Below are positions 7,331-12,171 of a stretch of DNA of 12,171 bases, in pieces. This DNA comes from an uncultured archaeon (GTDB taxonomy: Archaea; Asgardarchaeota; Lokiarchaeia; Sigyniarchaeales; SOKP01): assembly GCA_964583985.1 (NCBI GenBank), contig CAZOYD010000009.1, positions 1-12,171 on the forward strand, in the 5' to 3' direction. The notes beneath the pieces are model-generated. The model worked only from the letters and a program-made list of their open reading frames with translations, did not search any database and was not told the origin of the DNA. The stretch's first letter is position 1, and every line of letters starts with the position of its first letter. The position numbers and the translations under genes were made by a program.

Positions 7331-9544
7331 ATGGCCAGGGTGAAAGAATTTAGTGTTCCCTTAAAATTCCTCGAAACAAATAAGATTCAATTTCGAGAGT
7401 ATCAAGTGGAAATAGCGAAAAAATGCGTCAATACGAATTCATTAGTAGTCATTCCTACGGGATTAGGTAAGACAATCATATCATTGTTAGTGGTGGCAGA
7501 AACGCTTCAGAATTACCCCACGGATTCAAAAGTCATTGTTTTAGCACCTACACGTCCTTTAATCGATCAACATCGTGAATCATTTTCTCAATTCCTCGCT
7601 ATTTCTGATGACAACATGATTACACTCACCGGAAAAAATCCATCAGAAGAAAGACCACGATTATTTGAGGACCATCGAATCTTATTTTATACACCTCAAA
7701 CCCTAAGAAATGATTTGGTAGCCAAGCATTATGACTTAAAAAATACATGCCTCATAATATTTGATGAGGCCCACCATGCGAGCGGCGATTATCCCTATGG
7801 ACTTATTTCAGACACTTATCATGACCAGAATCCCGATGGAACCATTTTAGCACTTACAGCATCCCCTGGATCTTCCAAGGAACGAATAGATGAACTATGT
7901 CAAATATTACACGTTGATAAAACTAATGTCCACGTGAGAACTCGAAAGGATGATGACGTGAAAAATTACTTACAACCAATGGATATATTCAAGATCGGCG
8001 TAGATTTAACGAGTTTAATGGAAGATACTCGGTTAATTATTGATCAATTGGTGGAGGAACGACTTCAGTTTCTCTCGCACATGGGACATCTCGATAAAAA
8101 AGGAGAAAATTTGATTAATAAGATTACTCGAAAAGACCTTCTAAAGTTAAATACCGAATTAATCAAGAACACGACTTCGGGTGATAAAAGCATTTACGGT
8201 GTAATCTCAGTCAATGCTCAAGGACTCATTCTGTATCACATGCTAGAACTTATTGAGCAACAAGGACTTGATACTCTTCTCATGTATTTAGAAAAATTGA
8301 TGAAAGAGGCTCGAAAACAAAATAGTTCAAAAGCAAACCGAATATTGGCAGCAGATACCCGAATTCGTCGTATTTACTTCGAATTAAAAAAGCAAGAAGT
8401 GGAATATCCTAAGGCATTAATTCATCCTAAATATGCCGTTTTACTTCAGTTACTTAAAGATCAATTAGAAAAAAATCCAGATTCGAGAATTTTGGTTTTC
8501 GTGAAATTAAGAGATTCCATTCAGCACATCACTTCACGCTTGGAAAAAGAACCTTCAATCAAGCCCGCTCGTTTCGTGGGGCAGGCAACTAAGTCAAATA
8601 AAGATAAAGGGATGAGTCAGAAAAAGCAACTGGAGGTTCTTAAAGCATTCAAGGAAGGTGATTACAACGTTCTTGTCGCAACAAATGTGGCGGAGGAAGG
8701 CCTTGATATTGCTGAATGCGATATCGTGGTATTTTACGATATTGTAGCTTCAGAAATTAGATACATCCAAAGAAAGGGACGAACCGCTCGGCAACGGGAA
8801 GGAAAAGTTATCTTGTTATATAGCAAGAATACCAACGATGAGATATATTTACGCATTGCGCTTAATAAGATCCAAAAAATGAACGATCATCTCAAGGATT
8901 CTCCAGAAAAGAATAAGAAAATAGAATTAAGTAATGATATTAAGGACGAAGATAACGTTAATGGAGTAGATATTAAATCTGAACAAAAGAGAATGAAAGA
9001 ACAAGGAAGAGACAGTAACCTGCTCCAATCAAAATCTCGCACTCCCAATCAAGAAACATTGCTATCCTACTTTTCTCCTTCCAAGTCAGAGTCTCCAATA
9101 ATAAGCAAATCTTTTAAAACTCCAGATCCGGAAATAATTATCAGCAAGGACGTTCCAGGGAAATTTGGATTGCGCAAAAAATTACAAAACGATGGTATTA
9201 TCCTTGGCTTGCAAGAAAATGGGAGAAGAGTTGATCTGTTTTCAGAAATTGCGTTATTCATCATCGATCCACGCACGTTCATTAAAGAAAGCATTTCTAT
9301 GTCAGAGAAAGACTTGCTACGACTTCGACAAGCAAGAAAACTGGTCTTATTCGTATTTGATTTTGAAGATTTCACCGAACAATTCGAAGGTGAAAAGCGA
9401 TTACTCAAGCAAAGAATTGCCGAATGGGGTGATGAGAATTGGTTTCGAACCATCTCTATTGACGTGCCTGAAGAATTAGTATTTATTATTAAAAACTTGT
9501 ATATCCCCCATAAAAAAGGAGGTGAAATGAATGGACGAAGTTAA
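7331..9544 (+). CDS. hef: Hef/FANCM/Mph1-family SF2 DEAH helicase with degenerate ERCC4 domain
   Basis: Motifs: FREYQ (Q), IPTGLGKT (I), LAPTRPL (Ia), TPQTLRND (Ib), DEAHH (II), TASPG (III), RFVGQ, ATNVAEEGLDI (V) and QRKGRTAR (VI). Start placed at ATG 7331 (TAG-A-ATG) rather than 7292. Confidence 0.92.
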   Translation: MARVKEFSVPLKFLETNKIQFREYQVEIAKKCVNTNSLVVIPTGLGKTIISLLVVAETLQNYPTDSKVIVLAPTRPLIDQHRESFSQFLAISDDNMITLTGKNPSEERPRLFEDHRILFYTPQTLRNDLVAKHYDLKNTCLIIFDEAHHASGDYPYGLISDTYHDQNPDGTILALTASPGSSKERIDELCQILHVDKTNVHVRTRKDDDVKNYLQPMDIFKIGVDLTSLMEDTRLIIDQLVEERLQFLSHMGHLDKKGENLINKITRKDLLKLNTELIKNTTSGDKSIYGVISVNAQGLILYHMLELIEQQGLDTLLMYLEKLMKEARKQNSSKANRILAADTRIRRIYFELKKQEVEYPKALIHPKYAVLLQLLKDQLEKNPDSRILVFVKLRDSIQHITSRLEKEPSIKPARFVGQATKSNKDKGMSQKKQLEVLKAFKEGDYNVLVATNVAEEGLDIAECDIVVFYDIVASEIRYIQRKGRTARQREGKVILLYSKNTNDEIYLRIALNKIQKMNDHLKDSPEKNKKIELSNDIKDEDNVNGVDIKSEQKRMKEQGRDSNLLQSKSRTPNQETLLSYFSPSKSESPIISKSFKTPDPEIIISKDVPGKFGLRKKLQNDGIILGLQENGRRVDLFSEIALFIIDPRTFIKESISMSEKDLLRLRQARKLVLFVFDFEDFTEQFEGEKRLLKQRIAEWGDENWFRTISIDVPEELVFIIKNLYIPHKKGGEMNGRS
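9518..9525 (+). promoter_or_regulatory. Shine-Dalgarno site for the DUF1922-like gene
   Basis: GGAGGTGA lies 5 nt before ATG 9531, inside the 3' end of hef. Confidence 0.75.
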
Positions 9545-10058
9545 GTGGAAGCCAGATGAGACGCCCTACTTGGTCTTTGCTTGCGATAAATGCAACCAGT
9601 TTAGCTACGTAAAAACAACGCAAAAAACTAAAAAATGCTTGCGCTGTGGTCATTCTCATGAAGTCCAGAGCCTTTTACACAAATCAGAGATCGTGAACGG
9701 AATGACAAGTGCACTAAACAGGGTAAAACAATTACAAGAGGAACTTAGTCATCAAGAATTAAAAGGTGGACCTGATTTTACTTCAGAAGGAGGATTTAAG
9801 ATTACTTCGAGAAATGAAAGAGTTATACCTAATTTACTACCAAAAAACGATAATGAGGATGAACAATTATTTGATTTATTTATTTTGATGTTAAGAGAGA
9901 TTTCGGAAATGTATAAAACATTTCCAAAATATATCATTGAAATCATGGCTGAAAATAAAAACATTCCGCAATCAGTAATTTCCAGTCTCATTAAACGAGC
10001 CTTAAAAGAAGGGCATCTTAAGAGTCACGATGGAGATTATTTTGTAAAACGATCTTAA
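9531..10058 (+). CDS. DUF1922-like Zn-ribbon protein with possible C-terminal wHTH
   Basis: YLVFACDKCNQFSYVKTTQKTKKCLRCG has two CxxC pairs. The C-terminal EIMAENKNIPQSVISSLIKRALKEGHL...YF is wHTH-like. It overlaps hef by 14 nt. Confidence 0.8.
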   Translation: MDEVKWKPDETPYLVFACDKCNQFSYVKTTQKTKKCLRCGHSHEVQSLLHKSEIVNGMTSALNRVKQLQEELSHQELKGGPDFTSEGGFKITSRNERVIPNLLPKNDNEDEQLFDLFILMLREISEMYKTFPKYIIEIMAENKNIPQSVISSLIKRALKEGHLKSHDGDYFVKRS

Positions 10059-10111
10059 TTGATACCATAATTTTCTTTTTTATTTATATATATCTGCTTG
10101 CATTTTCTTTT

Positions 10112-10381
10112 ATGAGTTCACATGGATTAAAATATCGCAAAAATTTATCAGATACGGAGCACGCTGAGAAGATCCCGCCTTTGGATATTGATATCTCAAA
10201 AATCATAATCCCCCATTCTGAATTCCTCCACAGAACTAATAATGGAACCTCAATCGATGATTCAAGATATTTGTCACTCTCCTGGAGGGATCCTCTATTC
10301 AAGGCATTATTACAAATCGAGTTTGAAAGCGCGTGCCTTGAATATTTATTTAAACAAACGTTTTTTGGGAACAAAAAATAA
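10112..10381 (+). CDS. Small hypothetical protein, 89 aa
   Basis: ATG start with TTTATATA at 10083-10090 (leaderless spacing) and a T-run near 10396-10403 after the stop. No family recognised. Confidence 0.5.
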   Translation: MSSHGLKYRKNLSDTEHAEKIPPLDIDISKIIIPHSEFLHRTNNGTSIDDSRYLSLSWRDPLFKALLQIEFESACLEYLFKQTFFGNKK

Positions 10382-10425
10382 CTTCAATTACTAGCTTTTT
10401 TTTCTACTTCTAATAAGGATTTCTG

Positions 10426-10597
10426 TTATTCTGTTTGTTTAAAAAGATTATGACGAAAGTTAAATGCTTCGGTAAAATTACCTGTACATATTCTATTTAT
10501 ATTCAATTCGACTATTCTATCGAGCGTTTTTTTATCGTTCACATCCCAAGCATGAATTTCAATACCCGCTTTTCGTTAAAGTCGATATGACTTCTTC
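10426..10597 (-). pseudogene. 3' remnant of a glycerophosphodiester phosphodiesterase (GDPD)
   Basis: Manual translation EEVISTL/[+1 at ~10576]/RKAGIEIHAWDVNDKKTLDRIVELNINRICTGNFTEAFNFRHNLFKQTE* matches the GDPD C-terminal G-x-x-V-x-x-W-T-V-N...I-x-T-D pattern. There is no 5' part. Confidence 0.8.
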
Positions 10598-10702
10598 AAA
10601 ATCTTTTGACAGATGTGTCTTTCTAATCGCTTTATTTTTCAAGTCTAAAAAGATATCTTGAAAAACCAGATCAACTAAAATTTAGAGCGGAAAAACTTAA
10701 AA

Positions 10703-11620
10703 TTAATTTATGTTTGTATTTTGTACTTTTAGAATGCTAAAAAAAGTGGTATAATTTTTTCTGAACATTGAGATTCCATTCCAAAGCAACATAACTCCTG
10801 CGACTAGAAAAAGAATACTAATTTGAATACCAGATATAAAGATATCTAATAATTGAGTTGGAGTAACAGCATTAGACGCCAAGATTAAAAAATCAATCAA
10901 AGGAAAAAGAAGAATTGCAATTCCAAAAATCGTTGATATTAATCCTAAAACTGTCTTTCCTTTTTGTGTTTTTATAGGACGAATTGTAAAGAAAGCAATC
11001 AAACAAAATACAATGAATAATAATATAAAGGCAATAATTGATCCATACCCAATAGAATAAGCAATAATATAACCAGAATGAATCAATCGATACAAACTTA
11101 CATAGCAACCTACTATTGCTAAAGCCAGCACTGCATAATCTATTTTTTTTTCATTCATATTTTGTGCCTCTTTTTTTAGTGCTTCTTTTTTTGGCATTCG
11201 GGAATTATAATTTTTTCTGAACATTGAAATGCCATTCCAAAGCAACAGAGCTCCAGCGGTTAGAAAAAGAAAACTAATTTGGATGAAACTTATAAAGATA
11301 CTTAATAATTGAGTTGAATTAACAGCATTAGATGCCGAGATTAAAAAATCAATCAAAGGAAAAAGAAGAATTACCATTCCAAAAATCATTGATGTTAATC
11401 CTAAAACTGTCTTTCCTTTTTGTGTTTTTATAGGACGAATGGTAAAGAAAGCAAGCAAACAAAATGTAATGAATATTAATATAAAGGCAATAAATGACCC
11501 ATATCCACCAGAATGAATAAAAGAATAACTAAAAAAATATAATAGATAATAACATATATAACCACCTACTATTGCTAAGGCCAGCACTGCATAGTCTCTT
11601 TTTTTCTCATCGGAATTCAT
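10703..11620 (-). CDS. Polytopic membrane protein (about 2 x 4 TM) built from an internal duplication
   Basis: 305 aa and strongly hydrophobic. Both halves contain DYAVLALAIVG, AFFTIRPIKTQKGKTVLGL and LLWNGISMFRKNY. Confidence 0.85.
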   Translation of the reverse strand: MNSDEKKRDYAVLALAIVGGYICYYLLYFFSYSFIHSGGYGSFIAFILIFITFCLLAFFTIRPIKTQKGKTVLGLTSMIFGMVILLFPLIDFLISASNAVNSTQLLSIFISFIQISFLFLTAGALLLWNGISMFRKNYNSRMPKKEALKKEAQNMNEKKIDYAVLALAIVGCYVSLYRLIHSGYIIAYSIGYGSIIAFILLFIVFCLIAFFTIRPIKTQKGKTVLGLISTIFGIAILLFPLIDFLILASNAVTPTQLLDIFISGIQISILFLVAGVMLLWNGISMFRKNYTTFFSILKVQNTNIN

Positions 11621-11640
11621 ATCTTATTGGCTCTTTTTTA
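10751..11640. repeat. Tandem direct repeat with a 456-bp period (about 10751-11178 and 11207-11640)
   Basis: Identical blocks at offset 456, e.g. AATCCTAAAACTGTCTTTCCTTTTTGTGTTTTTATAGGACGAA at 10941 and 11397, and GCCAGCACTGCATA at 11124 and 11580. Confidence 0.95.
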
Positions 11641-11695
11641 ATTATATATTATAATACAAATAATAGTATTTAAATATGATGGCATGAACAATTAA

Positions 11696-11833
11696 AAAGA
11701 GCTCAAGAGCACGCTGGGGGTTGATGGCACCATCCGTGGAAACGTCTTGGAAGTGCGCGGAGAACAAAATAGAAGAGTGGAAAAAGCGCTGGTAGACATG
11801 GGATTCGATAAAAATAACATTTCTTTTTGTTAA
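11696..11833 (+). pseudogene. 3' half of a SUI1/aIF1 (eIF1)-like translation factor gene
   Basis: KELKSTLGVDGTIRGNVLEVRGEQNRRVEKALVDMGFDKNNISFC* resembles the SUI1 C-terminus (consensus recalled as LKxKLACGGTVKDGxIELQGDHRxKVxxxLxxMGF). An in-frame TAA at 11693-11695 precedes it, and the segment is GC-richer than its flanks. Confidence 0.8.
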
Positions 11834-11911
11834 ATTAAAGAGAAATTACTCATGCATTTTATAGGGATTAAAAAATATTTAAAAATTAGATAGATACTTT
11901 TGATTTGAAAT

Positions 11912-12171
11912 TCATTCTATAATTGATTTTTTTTGATTTAATAATTTTAAATATAATTTGATAAGCGCTCGCTGGGATTGGCAAAATTCGATTTTCTGCA
12001 GAGGAGACAACTTATTAAAGGAAGCAATTGAATCCTTGAGAAATGAAAGTGCAGTCAACGCTTCTTTCTTGGAATACCCGAATGATTTTATGACATATTT
12101 TGTACTTCCGCTTTCTTCTTGTTTTTCCAAGACTAGGAAATCCTGTATTTTGATTTTCTTCTTTCTTGGAG
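11912..12171 (-). CDS. 3' end of a hypothetical protein starting beyond the window
   Basis: The frame is open to the edge: PRKKKIKIQDFLVLEKQEESGSTKYVIKSFGYSKKEAL...KKSIIE*. Confidence 0.6.
   Translation of the reverse strand, partial: PRKKKIKIQDFLVLEKQEESGSTKYVIKSFGYSKKEALTALSFLKDSIASFNKLSPLQKIEFCQSQRALIKLYLKLLNQKKSIIE

Noticed and set aside
9067-9991. ORFs 9067..9453 (-), 9165..9479 (+) and 9752..9991 (-); also the idea that a frameshift hides an active nuclease
   Set aside because: They are shadows of hef and the DUF1922-like gene. The alternate plus frame shows no ERCC4 catalytic motifs, while the main frame keeps the fold pattern.
10084-10374. 96-aa minus-strand ORF
   Set aside because: TTG start, and the opposite-strand ORF has better promoter and terminator context. 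Not fully excluded.
10893-11108. 71-aa Cys/Tyr-rich ORF
   Set aside because: Alternate frame of a hydrophobic, T-rich coding sequence.
10751-11640. Diversity-generating retroelement TR/VR pair
   Set aside because: Mismatches involve all four bases rather than adenines only, both copies are coding in one frame, and no reverse transcriptase is present in the window.
11700-11810. GC-rich patch as a structural RNA
   Set aside because: Better explained as the coding remnant of a SUI1-like gene.
1-12171. CRISPR array, rRNA, IS element or integrase
   Set aside because: No regularly spaced repeats, rRNA-like sequence, or transposase/recombinase motifs were seen.

Overview
AT-rich archaeal DNA, most likely from an Asgard (Lokiarchaeia-like) genome. 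This is inferred from gene content (TFB, Hef, DUF1922), TATA-like boxes, GGAGGTGA ribosome-binding sites and a secreted prenyltransferase-repeat protein; it is not confirmed. The left arm (minus strand) carries an unannotated 45-aa small gene, a membrane-anchored wHTH regulator and a PH-like hypothetical. The plus-strand core has a highly divergent TFB/TFIIB paralog and a large surface-anchored prenyltransferase-repeat protein. It then has a tightly coupled three-gene unit: a tandem-wHTH-like protein, a Hef/FANCM helicase with a PIP box and an apparently dead ERCC4 domain, and a DUF1922-like Zn-ribbon protein. The right arm is rearranged: a membrane protein made by tandem duplication and fusion sits between two 5'-truncated relics missing from the ORF track, a glycerophosphodiester phosphodiesterase and a SUI1/aIF1-like factor. 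I saw no rRNA, tRNA, CRISPR array or transposase. All family calls come from reading motifs by eye, not from database searches.
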